Shown one piece after another: positions 1-8,981 of a stretch of 64,000 bases of DNA. The notes beneath the pieces were generated by a model. It saw nothing but the letters and a program-made list of their open reading frames with translations, did not search any database and was not told the DNA's origin. Source of the DNA: an uncultured bacterium (lineage in GTDB: Bacteria; Sysuimicrobiota; Sysuimicrobiia; Sysuimicrobiales; Sysuimicrobiaceae); the NCBI GenBank assembly GCA_964437095.1, contig CAYTFH010000014.1, forward strand, positions 1,428 through 65,427, written 5' to 3'. The position numbers were made by a program, and so were the translations under genes. Within the stretch, counting starts at the first letter, position 1. Every line of letters begins with the position of its first letter.

Positions 1-434
1 TCTCGGACCGGCCAATGGAGGCGCACCTCTTGCGGTTGTTGGCCGCGGGCGCCCACGGGTTCGTCTGCAAGCAGGTTACCCCGGAGCTCTTGGTGCACGC
101 CATCCTCACCGCAGCCTCGGGAGGCGCGTTCGTGGTTACCGCCTCCGCGCAGCCGCTGCACAAGCCCCTGGAGCTCCTGTCCGCGGTGGACAAGGCGGAA
201 GAAAAGCCAGTTGAGCTTTCCGAGCAGGAGTGGGTGCTGCTGGGGCTCGTGGCCCAGGGGCTCACCGACGCCCAGATCGCCAGACGGCTTCGGGTTGCTA
301 CCGCCACCGTGCGCAGCCAGCTGGGCCGGCTGTACCGCAAGCTGCGCGCCCGCAACCGGGCGCAGGCCCTGGCCCGGGCTGTACTGTCGGGCCCGGGGCA
401 CCAAACCAGCGACCTCCGCCCCCGGGACGGCTGA
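1..434 (+). CDS. LuxR/NarL-family response regulator, C-terminal part (5' end outside window)
   Basis: ORF 15..434. The C-terminal LSEQEWVLLGLVAQGLTDAQIARRLRVATATVRSQLGRLYRKL is a LuxR-type HTH. The preceding GAHGFVCKQVTPELLVHAILTAASGG looks like the end of a receiver domain, so the gene probably starts before position 1. Confidence 0.8.
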   Translation, partial: SDRPMEAHLLRLLAAGAHGFVCKQVTPELLVHAILTAASGGAFVVTASAQPLHKPLELLSAVDKAEEKPVELSEQEWVLLGLVAQGLTDAQIARRLRVATATVRSQLGRLYRKLRARNRAQALARAVLSGPGHQTSDLRPRDG

Positions 435-522
435 GGGCGGCTTCCGAGGCCACAGCGAACCCGCGACCGTGCGGCCGCGGTGTATCCTGGGCGGGGGTGC
501 ACGCCCGCGGGAGGTGACTTGA

Positions 523-1077
523 GTGGCAGTCCGGGTGCGGAGGTGGACACGGGCGGAGTACGACCGGCTCATCGCTCTGGGGCTACTGGGAGAGGACGAG
601 CGGGTCCAGCTGGTGGAAGGGGAGATCCTGGAGATGAGCCCGCAGAGTGCGCCGCACGTGGCCGCCATCCGGCTCGTGCAGGAGGCCCTGCGGGCAGCGT
701 TCGGGCCGGGCTTCGACGTGCGGGTGCAGGGCCCCCTCGCCCTGGGTCCAGACTCGGAGCCGGAGCCGGACGTGGCCGTGGTGCGGGGCGGCCCGCGTGA
801 CTACCGCGACCACCACCCCACCGGCCAGGACGCCGTCCTGGTGGTGGAAGTGGCGGACGTCAGCTTGCGCTTCGACCGGGAGCGCAAGGGGAAGGTGTAT
901 GCCGCGGCCCGGGTCCCCGAGTACTGGGTCGTCCATCTCGAGTCCCGGGTGCTGGAGGTGTACCGAGAGCCCGAGCAAGGACGGTACACCAGCTGCCTCG
1001 TGTACGGGCCGGGCGACGCGGTGGCTCCTCTGTTTTCTCCCCGGGCCCACATCGCCGTGGCAGACCTCCTCCCGTGA
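523..1077 (+). CDS. Uma2-family (DUF820) restriction-endonuclease-fold protein
   Basis: The 184-aa ORF has a GTG start. The W-T..EY..L......RVQLVEGEI.EMSP...H pattern and the later D..VVVEV.D....FDR..K...YA...VPEYWVV pattern are typical of Uma2. Confidence 0.8.
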   Translation: MAVRVRRWTRAEYDRLIALGLLGEDERVQLVEGEILEMSPQSAPHVAAIRLVQEALRAAFGPGFDVRVQGPLALGPDSEPEPDVAVVRGGPRDYRDHHPTGQDAVLVVEVADVSLRFDRERKGKVYAAARVPEYWVVHLESRVLEVYREPEQGRYTSCLVYGPGDAVAPLFSPRAHIAVADLLP

Positions 1078-1128
1078 GGCAGGCCCGGGCCGGGGGTGGC
1101 GAGCATCCTCGTCCGGTGCGGGTTTTGC

Positions 1129-1203
1129 TGGAGCCGGCGGGGGGATTCGAACCCCCGGCATGCGGATTACAAATCCGCCGCTCTGCCGCTGAGCTACGCC
1201 GGC
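1129..1203 (-). tRNA. tRNA-Thr (anticodon UGU), CCA encoded
   Basis: The reverse complement reads GCCGGCG-TA-GCTC-AGCGGCA-GAGC-G-GCGGA-TTTGTAA-TCCGC-ATGCC-GGGGG-TTCGAAT-CCCCC-CGCCGGC-T-CCA. This gives a full cloverleaf with a 7-bp acceptor stem, the TTCGAAT T-loop and the anticodon loop U-U-UGU-A-A. Confidence 0.9.
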
Positions 1204-1227
1204 TCCCGCCAGCAGCTTACCACCCGT

Positions 1228-1647
1228 CTAGCCGGACCGCAGGCCCCAGCGGGGGTACAGCCACGCACACGCCACCGCGGGCGCGACGTGCAGGGCCCCC
1301 AGGCCCGCGGCCAGGGCCCACGTGGCCTCGGGGAACCGGGGCGACCCCGGCAGCCACGCGTCCGGCACCCACGACACCACCAGCGCCACCGCCGCCAGCC
1401 GCCGGTACACCCGCGCCGGTTCCGCCGCCCAACGGGCTACCAGGGCAAAGGCCACCGCGGCCGTGGTGACCCCCACCGTAGTCCAGAACACCACCGCCTG
1501 CCGCGTGAAGGGCAGGAAGGCCTCGGGCACGGCCAGCCACCTCGCCAGGGCGGACCGCAGCAGCTCGTTCACCACCACGGACCCCACCAGGGCCACGAAC
1601 CAAGCCCGGACCAGCCCTCCCGCGGACAGCGACCGCGGCACCTTCAC
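1228..1647 (-). CDS. hypothetical integral membrane protein
   Basis: Taken from ORF 1228..1668. The product is hydrophobic with about 4 predicted TM segments (LVRAWFVALVGSVVV, AVVFWTTVGVTTAAVAFALV, LAAVALVVSWV, ALAAGLGALHVAPAVA). The start was placed at GTG 1647, which forms a GTGA overlap with the DoxX stop. GTG 1668 is an alternative start. Confidence 0.55.
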   Translation of the reverse strand: MKVPRSLSAGGLVRAWFVALVGSVVVNELLRSALARWLAVPEAFLPFTRQAVVFWTTVGVTTAAVAFALVARWAAEPARVYRRLAAVALVVSWVPDAWLPGSPRFPEATWALAAGLGALHVAPAVACAWLYPRWGLRSG

Positions 1648-2033
1648 CACCCCACGCTGAGCGGCCACGGCTGAGGGATGGCCAGGAACATGAGGGCGCT
1701 ACCGGCCAAGGCCAGGTTCTTGTTGAAGTTCACCATCTCCCCCATGCGCTGCATGGGGTCCTGCACCGTCCAGAAGTTGTGCATCCAGAAGGCCACCACC
1801 ACCAGGAACACCACCACCGCGGCCACCCCCACGGTGGGGTACGCGCCCAGGAGGATGGACAGCCCACCCACCAGGAGCAGCAGCCCCGTGATCACCACCA
1901 TGGCCCGCGGGGCGGGGACCCCCTTGCTGGCGGCGTACCCGCTCATCATCTCCACGTTCCGGAAGTGGTTGAGGGCGTTCACGATGTAGAACAGGCCCAC
2001 CACGATGCGGCCCACCAGGAACAGCGCGTCCAC
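1644..2033 (-). CDS. DoxX-family membrane protein
   Basis: The 129-aa product LFLVGRIVVGLFYIVNALNHF...GVPAP...GLLLLVGGLSILLG...FWMHNFW...NKNLALAGSALMF has the typical DoxX layout. Confidence 0.85.
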   Translation of the reverse strand: MDALFLVGRIVVGLFYIVNALNHFRNVEMMSGYAASKGVPAPRAMVVITGLLLLVGGLSILLGAYPTVGVAAVVVFLVVVAFWMHNFWTVQDPMQRMGEMVNFNKNLALAGSALMFLAIPQPWPLSVGW

Positions 2034-2102
2034 GTCTTCTCCCTCCTTTCATTCGAGACTTCGCGAAGCATAGAAATGAAGCCGACGAGATCCCGCGCGC
2101 CC

Positions 2103-2378
2103 TCAGTCCATCTCCCACCTCCCCCACCGGCTCAACGCCCGGCGCAGCACCGCCCGGTTGAGCCGGAAGTAGTGGTACGGGCCGTCCTTCCGGACCCGCA
2201 GCAGGCCACACTCCTGCAGCACGCGGAAATGGTGGGACAGGGCAGGAGCGCTGAGGCGGAAGCGCTTGGCCAGCTCCCGGCAGGCCACCTCCTCCCGCTT
2301 CGCCAGGAGCTGCACGATGCGGTAGCGCGTGGGGTCCCCCAGGGCCCGGAACACCCGCACCGCCTGCTGCTCCGTCAC
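2103..2378 (-). CDS. ArsR/SmtB-family transcriptional regulator
   Basis: The 91-aa product has FRALGDPTRYRIVQLL....EVACRELA..F.LSAPALSHHFRVLQECGLL, the winged-HTH ArsR signature. The start is GTG 2378, with GGAGG 5 nt upstream. Confidence 0.85.
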   Translation of the reverse strand: MTEQQAVRVFRALGDPTRYRIVQLLAKREEVACRELAKRFRLSAPALSHHFRVLQECGLLRVRKDGPYHYFRLNRAVLRRALSRWGRWEMD

Positions 2379-2389
2379 CCGCGCCTCCA

Positions 2390-2412
2390 GCGTTTCGAAA
2401 TTCGTTTAAATG
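2390..2412 (-). promoter_or_regulatory. AT-rich patch with TTTCGAAA palindrome upstream of the ArsR-DoxX operon (possible operator/promoter)
   Basis: This is the only AT-rich stretch in the local ~70% GC context (cgtTTCGAAAttcgtttaaatgtta). It sits in the 34-nt gap between the upstream gene's stop (2413) and the ArsR start (2378). Confidence 0.25.
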
Positions 2413-3180
2413 TTAGCCGCCCCGGGCGGGCCGCTTCAAGGTCACCCGGTCCCACAGGGCGTTGCCCCGGCCCCGCTGGGTGGCCCGGCCCAGGGCCAGC
2501 AGGCACGCGTGGGCCCGCAGCAGCAGCTCGGGGTCCGGCCCGGCCACCCGTTCCACCAACGCCCGGACTTCCTCCGGGTCTGCGCGTTGCACCCACCCGA
2601 GGGTGCGGGCTACCCGCAGCACGTTGGTGTCCACGGGGAACTTGGGACGCCCGTACCGGAACAGCAGCACCACCGCCGCGGACTTGGGGCCGATCCCGGG
2701 CAGCTCCAGGAGAGCTCGCCAGGCCGCTTCGAGGGGCGCGGACCGCAGCACGGACGACAGAGCCCGCAGGCTCTTCCACCGGGTGCGGACGGCCCGCGCC
2801 AGGGCCACCAAGCGCCGGGCCTTGAGCCGGCCCAGACCCACGTCCCGCACCAAGGGCTCCAACTCGGCGGGGCGGGCCCGAGTCAGGGCGTCCAGGGACC
2901 TGTAGCGCGCCCACACCCGCCGGCTGGCCTGGTAGGTGCGGGCTCCCGTGCTCTGGTGGGACAGCACCGTGTGCACCAGCACCCACAGCAGCGGCGCCCT
3001 GCGCCGGGCGCGCAGCCTGGCCCACAGCCGCCGGGCTTCCGGGACTTCCTCCTCCACCCGGTCCAAAACCCGCAGCAACTGGGTCCGCGTGAGCGCCACT
3101 GGGGGTCGCCTCGCCAAGGATCGCCGGCGCGGTTTTTGCGAAGACCCCGGTCCCGCCAACCGCGCAGGTTTGCCGGGCAT
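2413..3180 (-). CDS. HhH-GPD / endonuclease III-like base-excision repair protein (no obvious C-terminal Fe-S Cys cluster)
   Basis: Taken from ORF 2413..3204. It carries the HhH motif LELPGIGPKSAAVVLLF, followed by FPVDTNVLRVARTLG. The start was placed at ATG 3180, 5 nt after the upstream TAG. Confidence 0.75.
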   Translation of the reverse strand: MPGKPARLAGPGSSQKPRRRSLARRPPVALTRTQLLRVLDRVEEEVPEARRLWARLRARRRAPLLWVLVHTVLSHQSTGARTYQASRRVWARYRSLDALTRARPAELEPLVRDVGLGRLKARRLVALARAVRTRWKSLRALSSVLRSAPLEAAWRALLELPGIGPKSAAVVLLFRYGRPKFPVDTNVLRVARTLGWVQRADPEEVRALVERVAGPDPELLLRAHACLLALGRATQRGRGNALWDRVTLKRPARGG

Positions 3181-3184
3181 GCCT

Positions 3185-4528
3185 CTAGCGCGGCCCCGGC
3201 CCAACCACCGCCACCGCGGGGTGCTGCAGGTAACGGCGCGCCACCCGCTGCACGTCCGCGGGGGTGACCCGCCAGATCAGCTCACCCACCCGCCCGTCGA
3301 ACCGGTAGCCGACTCCCAGCAGCTCGTACCAGGCGGGGTAGAAAGCGCGCCGGCGCAGGTCCTCGTGGTCCAACAGGTGCAGGCCCACCAGCCTGCTGCG
3401 CGCCCGCTCGACTTCGTCCTCCTGTAGAGGACGGGCCTGCAGCTGTTGGACTTCCCGTAAAATGGCCGCGAGGGCGCGGTCCACGTGATTCGGGTCCACG
3501 CCCGCGGTGACGGTGACCGGAGCGGGCCCCTGTTGGGTGGGGAAGCTGGCGCCCACCGCGTACGCCAGGCCCTCCCGCTCCCGCAGGGACTGGAACAGCC
3601 GCGAGCCCATGCCCCCGCCCAGCACCGCAGCGGCCACCCGCAGGGCCGCCCAGTCGGGGTGCCGGACGGACACCCCCAGGTAGCTGACCGCCACCCACGC
3701 CCCGGCTGTCTGCCGGGTCTCCCGGACCTCCCGGCGCCGGCTGGGCTGCTCCGCCAGGGCGCGCTCCACCGCGTCCAGGAGTCTGACCCGGGCGGGCAGT
3801 GCGGAAGTCCGCAGCCCGGAAAAAGCCCGCTGGACCTTGGCCACCGCCACGGCCGCGGGCAGCTCTCCGGCCACGGACACCACCACGTTGGGCGCGGTGT
3901 AGAAGGTGGCGTGGTAGCGCACCAGGTCTTCCCGGCTGAGGCGGGCCAGGCTTTCCGGCGTCCCCGGCAGGGGGTTCCGGTATGGGTGCCACGGGTATAG
4001 CAGGGCCTGAGCCAGCTCCGCGGCCCGCTGCTGGGGCTGGTCTCGCTGCTGCTGCAGCCGCGCCAGGCTCACCCGACGCTGAGCGTCCACGTCCTCCGGC
4101 GCGAACTTAGGCGCGGTGAGCACCTCCGCGAGGAGCTCCAGGGCGCCGTCGGTGTGCTCCACGGGAACCAGCAGGGTCCACTCCGTGTGGTCGGGCCCCG
4201 TGAGGGCCCGCAGGCTCGCGCCCATGGAGTCCAGGGCCTCCGCCAGGGCCTGGCCGCTCCGCCGCGTGGTGCCCTGCAGCATCACCTCGCGGGTGAGGAT
4301 GGAAATCCCTGCCTGGGAGGGCTCCTCCACCCGGGGCCCTGCTCCCACCAGCACCGCCACGGCCACCAGGCCGTGGGCGGGCAGCTCCTGGGCAAGCACC
4401 CGCAGGCCACTGTTCAGCCTCCAGTACACGGGCTCCAGCAAGCCCGCCTGCGGGACCTCTCCCTCCGCCCTCGCGGACGCCGCAAACAGCGCCAGCGCCA
4501 CCACCACCGCCAGGCAGAGCCGCCTCAC
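3185..4528 (-). CDS. M16-family peptidase, non-catalytic partner subunit
   Basis: The 447-aa product has an insulinase fold and a signal peptide (MRRLCLAVVVALALFAASARA). The HxxEH site is degenerate (GISILTREVMLQGT). The GTG start forms a GTGA overlap with the upstream M16 gene's stop. Confidence 0.85.
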   Translation of the reverse strand: MRRLCLAVVVALALFAASARAEGEVPQAGLLEPVYWRLNSGLRVLAQELPAHGLVAVAVLVGAGPRVEEPSQAGISILTREVMLQGTTRRSGQALAEALDSMGASLRALTGPDHTEWTLLVPVEHTDGALELLAEVLTAPKFAPEDVDAQRRVSLARLQQQRDQPQQRAAELAQALLYPWHPYRNPLPGTPESLARLSREDLVRYHATFYTAPNVVVSVAGELPAAVAVAKVQRAFSGLRTSALPARVRLLDAVERALAEQPSRRREVRETRQTAGAWVAVSYLGVSVRHPDWAALRVAAAVLGGGMGSRLFQSLREREGLAYAVGASFPTQQGPAPVTVTAGVDPNHVDRALAAILREVQQLQARPLQEDEVERARSRLVGLHLLDHEDLRRRAFYPAWYELLGVGYRFDGRVGELIWRVTPADVQRVARRYLQHPAVAVVGPGPR

Positions 4529-5835
4529 GGACTCCTCCTGGGCCGTACCGCCACCACCGCGTAGCGCTCGGGGTCCAGGTAGCGGCGCGCCACCCGCAGC
4601 ACGTCGTCTCGCGTTACCGCCCTCACGAAGTCCAAGTACGTCCTGTAGTACTCCAGGCCCGCCACCGTGGCGGCGAAGCCGAGGCTGGCCGCTAGCCCTT
4701 GGCTGGTGTGTTGCTCGGTGCGGACCTCCGCTTCCAGCAGCGTCTTGGCCCGTTGCAGCTCCTCCTCGCTCAACCCCCGCTCCCGCAGCTCCCGCACTTC
4801 CTCCAACAACGCCCGCTCCGCCCTGGACTCATCGGGGTCCGCGGTGGCCGCCACCACCAACACGAGGGGCGGGTCCTTGGCGGTGGGGAAGCTGACGGAC
4901 ACGCTCTGCACCACCCGCCTGCGGTCCCGCAGGGCACGGACCCACCTGGCCGCGCGGCCCCGCCCCAGGGCGTAAGTCAGGACGTCCACCGCGTAGTGGT
5001 CCTCGTCCCGCACGTGGGGACCCAGCCACCCCACGGCGAGGGTGGTCACCCCCACGTCCCGGACCTCCCCCCACCGCCGCACCCGGTCCATCGGCGGCTC
5101 CTGGGGTGCCGGAGCTCGGGGAGCCACCGGGCGGGCCCACCGGCCCAGCAGCCGGCGCACTTCGTCCACGGCCAGGCGGGCGGGAACGCCGCCCGTCACC
5201 ACCACGGTGACGTTGGCGGGTCCGTAGTGCCGGCGGTAGAAGTCCACCAGCTGCTCCCGGGTCATGCGCCGGATGGCGTCCACGGAGCCGCCCACGGGCC
5301 TGCGGTACGGGTGCACGGCGTAGGCCGTCTCGTACAGCTTGAACACCGCGTACCGCGCGGGCGTGTCGTGGATCAGGCTCAGCTCCTGCAGGACCACGGT
5401 GCGCTCGCGTTCCACCTCTTGCGGGTCGAAGGTGGGGTTGGTGAGGGCGTCGGACTGGATGTCCAGGGCCTGCCGCCACGCGCCCGCGGGGACGACCACG
5501 TAGGAATGGGTGTAGTCCCAGCTGGTGGAGGCGTTGGTCCAGCCGCCGAGGGCCTCCACCTCGCGGGCGATTTGGCCCACCGGGCGGCGCCGCGTGCCCT
5601 TGAACAGCATGTGCTCCACGAAGTGAGCGGCCCCGCTCAGCTCGTCCGTCTCGTCCCGGGACCCGGCCCGGACCCACGCGTCCACGGTCACCGCGGGGGA
5701 GGTGGGCTGCTCGGCGGCCACCACCCGCAGCCCGCTGGGGAGCAGCTCGTGCAGCAGAAGGGGCTGGCCCGAGCCCGGGGCGGGGAGCCCCGCGAGGACG
5801 AGGAAGAGAACCAGGGCCACCGCGGCGCGCGGCAT
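4525..5835 (-). CDS. M16-family zinc peptidase (pitrilysin-type, catalytic subunit)
   Basis: This is the C-terminal 436 aa of ORF 4525..6291. It starts at ATG 5835 (MPRAAVALVLFLVLAGLPAPGSG signal peptide). The intact zinc motif GAAHFVEHMLFKGT (HxxEH) is present. Confidence 0.9.
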   Translation of the reverse strand: MPRAAVALVLFLVLAGLPAPGSGQPLLLHELLPSGLRVVAAEQPTSPAVTVDAWVRAGSRDETDELSGAAHFVEHMLFKGTRRRPVGQIAREVEALGGWTNASTSWDYTHSYVVVPAGAWRQALDIQSDALTNPTFDPQEVERERTVVLQELSLIHDTPARYAVFKLYETAYAVHPYRRPVGGSVDAIRRMTREQLVDFYRRHYGPANVTVVVTGGVPARLAVDEVRRLLGRWARPVAPRAPAPQEPPMDRVRRWGEVRDVGVTTLAVGWLGPHVRDEDHYAVDVLTYALGRGRAARWVRALRDRRRVVQSVSVSFPTAKDPPLVLVVAATADPDESRAERALLEEVRELRERGLSEEELQRAKTLLEAEVRTEQHTSQGLAASLGFAATVAGLEYYRTYLDFVRAVTRDDVLRVARRYLDPERYAVVAVRPRRSP

Positions 5836-6254
5836 CACGCTCCCTCCGCCGGCTCCCACAGGCACACCACCTCCCCCTCCGCGAGGGCCTCCCCGTGGAG
5901 GTCGGTAGCACCCACCCGGAGGGTGACCACCGGCTTGTCCTGGCGCAACGCGGCCACCTCCGCCCACACGGTCACGGTGTCCCCGACCCGGGTGGGCTTG
6001 AGAAAGCGCAGGCTGCACGACAGGAGGATGGCCCCGGGGCCGGGCAGCCGCGTGCCCAGGACCGCGGACACCCACGCCCCCAGCAGCATGCCGTGGGCCA
6101 CCCGCTGGCCGAACCGGGTGCGGGCCGCGTACACCACGTCCGTGTGGAGGGGGTTGAAGTCCCCGGAAACGCCCGCGAAGTTCACCAGGTCCGCTTCCGT
6201 CACCGTGCGCCGCAGCTCGGCCCTCTGCCCCACGTAAAACGGCGCGGAGCTCAT
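5835..6254 (-). CDS. MaoC-like (R)-specific enoyl-CoA hydratase (hotdog fold)
   Basis: This is the tail of ORF 5835..7085, starting at ATG 6254 (MSSAPFYVGQ...). The motif GDFNPLHTD....A..T.FG..VAHGML is present. The TGATG junction gives a 1-nt overlap with the next gene. Confidence 0.85.
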   Translation of the reverse strand: MSSAPFYVGQRAELRRTVTEADLVNFAGVSGDFNPLHTDVVYAARTRFGQRVAHGMLLGAWVSAVLGTRLPGPGAILLSCSLRFLKPTRVGDTVTVWAEVAALRQDKPVVTLRVGATDLHGEALAEGEVVCLWEPAEGA

Positions 6255-7045
6255 CTGGCGGTCCACCCGAGGTCCAAGGGGTAGGCGGCACCCGTTAGCC
6301 CTGAGGCCAACTCCGAGCACAGGTACAGGACGAAGGCGGCCACCTCCTCCGGCTCCAGCAACCGCTTGATGGCCGCGGGCTGCAGCAGGATGCGCCCCAC
6401 CACCTCCTCCTCGGGGATGCCGTGGACCCTCGCCTGATCCGCGATCTGCCCTTCCACCAGGGGCGTGCGCACGTAGGCGGGGCACACCGCGTTCACCGTG
6501 ATGCCGTACTCGGCCACCTCCAGGGCCACGCTCTTGGTGAACCCCACCACCCCGTGTTTGGCCGCCACGTATGCGCTCTTGAAGGGGGAAGCCACCAGCC
6601 CGTGGGCGGAGGCTATGTTCACCACCCGCCCCCACCGCCGGGCCATCATGTGGGGCAGGGCGTATTTGGTGCACAGGAAGGTCCCCGTGAGCATCACCCC
6701 CACTAGCAGGTCCCACTTCTCCTCCGGGAAGTCGTGCACCGGACACACGTACTGCAGCCCCGCGTTGTTCACCAGCACGTCCAGGCTGCCCAGGGAGCGC
6801 ACCGTGGTTTCCACCATGCGCCGGACCGCTTGTGGGTCCCGGACGTCCGCCGCCACCGCTACGACCCGGGCACCCAGCCCTTCCGCCTCCGCCGCCACCG
6901 TCTCCGCGCGAGCCCGGTCCACGTCCGCCACGCACACCGCAGCACCCGACCGGGCCAGGGTGAGGGCCACGGACCTGCCGATCCCGCTCCCTGCCCCGGT
7001 CACCAGAGCCACCTTGCCGTGCAGGTCCACCGCGATCCCCGCCAT
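6251..7045 (-). CDS. SDR-family oxidoreductase, 3-hydroxybutyrate dehydrogenase-like
   Basis: The 264-aa product has TGAGSGIG, NNAG, and S...Y..K (SAYVAAKHG). The C-terminal region is close to bacterial 3-hydroxybutyrate dehydrogenases. It has an ATGA overlap with the MaoC gene. Confidence 0.85.
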   Translation of the reverse strand: MAGIAVDLHGKVALVTGAGSGIGRSVALTLARSGAAVCVADVDRARAETVAAEAEGLGARVVAVAADVRDPQAVRRMVETTVRSLGSLDVLVNNAGLQYVCPVHDFPEEKWDLLVGVMLTGTFLCTKYALPHMMARRWGRVVNIASAHGLVASPFKSAYVAAKHGVVGFTKSVALEVAEYGITVNAVCPAYVRTPLVEGQIADQARVHGIPEEEVVGRILLQPAAIKRLLEPEEVAAFVLYLCSELASGLTGAAYPLDLGWTAR

Positions 7046-7096
7046 CCCGCACCTCCTCCCGGTATAATAGGCTTCGACGGACCACCGGAGGCCGCC

Positions 7097-8074
7097 TTGC
7101 TGGACCAGTACGGTCGTCCCATCCGCGACCTACGGATCTCCCTCACCGACCGGTGCAACCTCCGGTGCGTCTACTGCATGCCCGCGGAGGGCATCCAGTT
7201 CCGGCCCCCCGCAGAGCTGTTGCAGGACGAGGAGATCCTGCTCCTGACCCGCATCGCCGCGGAGCTGGGTGTTTCCAAGGTCCGGCTGACGGGAGGGGAG
7301 CCCACTGTGCGCCCCGGACTGGTGGACCTGGTCCGCGGGATCGCCTCCCTTCCCGGGATCCGGGACGTGGCCCTCACCACCAACGGGGTCCGGCTGCGGG
7401 ACCTGGCGGGCCCCCTGGCGGAGGCGGGGCTGCGGAGGGTGAACGTGAGCCTGGACACCCTGGACCCCGAGCAGTTCCGCCGGATCACCCGGGGCGGGAG
7501 GTTGCAGGACGTGCTGGACGGCATCCGCGCCGCGGAGGAGGCGGGGCTGCGGCCGGTCAAGCTGAACACCGTGGTGGTCCGCGGGTTCAACGAGGACGCG
7601 GTGGTCCCCCTGGCGGCTTTGACCCTGGACCGTCCGTGGGAGGTGCGGTTCATCGAGGTGATGCCCTTCGGCGGGGTAGCGGACTTCGCGGAGGGCAGCG
7701 TGGTGCGTACCGAGGAGACCATGAGGCGCATCGAGGCGGCCTTCGGGCCGTTGGAGCCCCTGGACCTGTCCGGGGACGAGCCCGCCCGCACCTACCGCAT
7801 CCGGGGTGCGGCGGGCACCCTGGGGTTCATCAGCCCCATCAGCCAGCCGTTCTGCGCCAAGTGCGGGCGCCTGCGCCTCACCGCGGACGGCAAGCTCCGG
7901 CTGTGTCTGCTGCGGGACGACGAGGAGGACCTGCTGACCCCCCTGCGGGCCGGGGCTTCCTACGAAGAGCTGCGGGAGATCTTCCGGGCCGCGGCGTACC
8001 GGCGCCCCTTCGGCCACGCCCTGGCGGAGCGGCTGTACCCCAAGCAGCGGGCGATGATCCAGATCGGGGGCTGA
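7097..8074 (+). CDS. moaA: GTP 3',8-cyclase MoaA (radical SAM)
   Basis: It lies in frame with ORF 6734..8074. The start is TTG 7097, with GGAGG 5 nt upstream. The N-terminus is LDQYGRPIRDLRISLTDRCNLRCVYCMP (CxxxCxxC), and the C-terminal Fe-S motif is FCAKCGRLRLTADGKLRLCL. Confidence 0.9.
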   Translation: MLDQYGRPIRDLRISLTDRCNLRCVYCMPAEGIQFRPPAELLQDEEILLLTRIAAELGVSKVRLTGGEPTVRPGLVDLVRGIASLPGIRDVALTTNGVRLRDLAGPLAEAGLRRVNVSLDTLDPEQFRRITRGGRLQDVLDGIRAAEEAGLRPVKLNTVVVRGFNEDAVVPLAALTLDRPWEVRFIEVMPFGGVADFAEGSVVRTEETMRRIEAAFGPLEPLDLSGDEPARTYRIRGAAGTLGFISPISQPFCAKCGRLRLTADGKLRLCLLRDDEEDLLTPLRAGASYEELREIFRAAAYRRPFGHALAERLYPKQRAMIQIGG

Positions 8075-8087
8075 AGGGCCCGGGCGG

Positions 8088-8231
8088 TCAGGCGTCCTCG
8101 GGGTCCACCCACGACTCCTCTTCCGGCTCGAACCGGTGGCCGCACCGGGGGCAGGTCACGGACTCCCCGGGTTCGGCGGGGGCCAGCCTGAGGATGTCCG
8201 CGGCGCAGCGCGGGCAGGTCAGGTGGACCAT
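8088..8231 (-). CDS. small zinc-ribbon protein (47 aa) downstream of sigH
   Basis: ATG 8231 gives MVHLTCPRCAADILRLAPAEPGESVTCPRCGHRFEPEEESWVDPEDA, with two CPxC knuckles and an acidic tail. It lies 50 nt downstream of the sigH stop on the same strand. Confidence 0.5.
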   Translation of the reverse strand: MVHLTCPRCAADILRLAPAEPGESVTCPRCGHRFEPEEESWVDPEDA

Positions 8232-8281
8232 GTTGCGGCGCTCCCCCGTTCCCCAGCCCGCGGGGCCCTGCGGAGGCGGCG

Positions 8282-8920
8282 CTAGTCGTCCTGCTCGAGG
8301 TTCTTCTCGAGCTTCCGCTTGACCCGCTGCAGGGCGTTGTCGATGGACTTCACGTGGCGCTGGAGCTCGTTGGCCATCTCCTGGTAGGACTTGCCGTCCA
8401 GGTACAGGTTCAGGACCCGGTGCTCCAGCTCGCTCAGGTTCTGGCGGATCCGCTGCCGCATGCGGGCGGAGGCCTCCCGGTTGATCACCATCTCCTCGGG
8501 GTCCGCCACCCGCAGCCCCCCGATGACGTCCAGCAGGGTCCGGTCGGAGTCGTCGTCGTAGATGGGCTTGTTCAGGGAGACGTAGGAGTTGAGGGGGATG
8601 TGCTTCTGACGGGTGGCGGTCTTGATGGCGGTGATGATCTGACGGGTGATGCACAGCTCCGCGAAGGCGCGGAAGCTGCTGAGCTTGTCCCGCCGGAAGT
8701 CGCGGATGGCCTTGTACAGGCCGATCATCCCCTCCTGGATGATGTCCTCGCGGTCGGCGCCCACGAGGAAGTAGGCCTTGGCCTTCACCCGGACGAAGTT
8801 GCGGTACTTGTGGATGAGGAACTCGGAAGCTCGGTCGTCTCCGGCTTTGGCGGCCTCCACCAGGTCTTCGTCGAGCATCTCGGGGTACGGAGTCGCCGCT
8901 TGCTTCCGCGCCACCGCCAC
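8282..8920 (-). CDS. sigH: RNA polymerase sporulation-type sigma factor SigH
   Basis: The 212-aa product has FLIHKYRNFVRVKAKAYFLVGADREDIIQEGMIGLYKAIRDF...SFRAFAELCITRQIITAIK...YQEMA..L..HVKSIDNALQRVKRKL, a very close match to Firmicute SigH. The start is GTG, with GGAGG 8 nt upstream. Confidence 0.9.
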   Translation of the reverse strand: MAVARKQAATPYPEMLDEDLVEAAKAGDDRASEFLIHKYRNFVRVKAKAYFLVGADREDIIQEGMIGLYKAIRDFRRDKLSSFRAFAELCITRQIITAIKTATRQKHIPLNSYVSLNKPIYDDDSDRTLLDVIGGLRVADPEEMVINREASARMRQRIRQNLSELEHRVLNLYLDGKSYQEMANELQRHVKSIDNALQRVKRKLEKNLEQDD

Positions 8921-8981
8921 CGGTACCGCCTCCGCGCTGCTTGGGATCCCGCCGGACTCCGATTCGCCGAAAACTAAGCAG

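Noticed and set aside
5835-7085. A 416-aa ORF spanning the MaoC and SDR region as a single gene.
   Set aside because: Only its last 139 codons (from ATG 6254) encode a recognisable MaoC hotdog domain. The upstream part is the shadow frame of the SDR gene 6251..7045.
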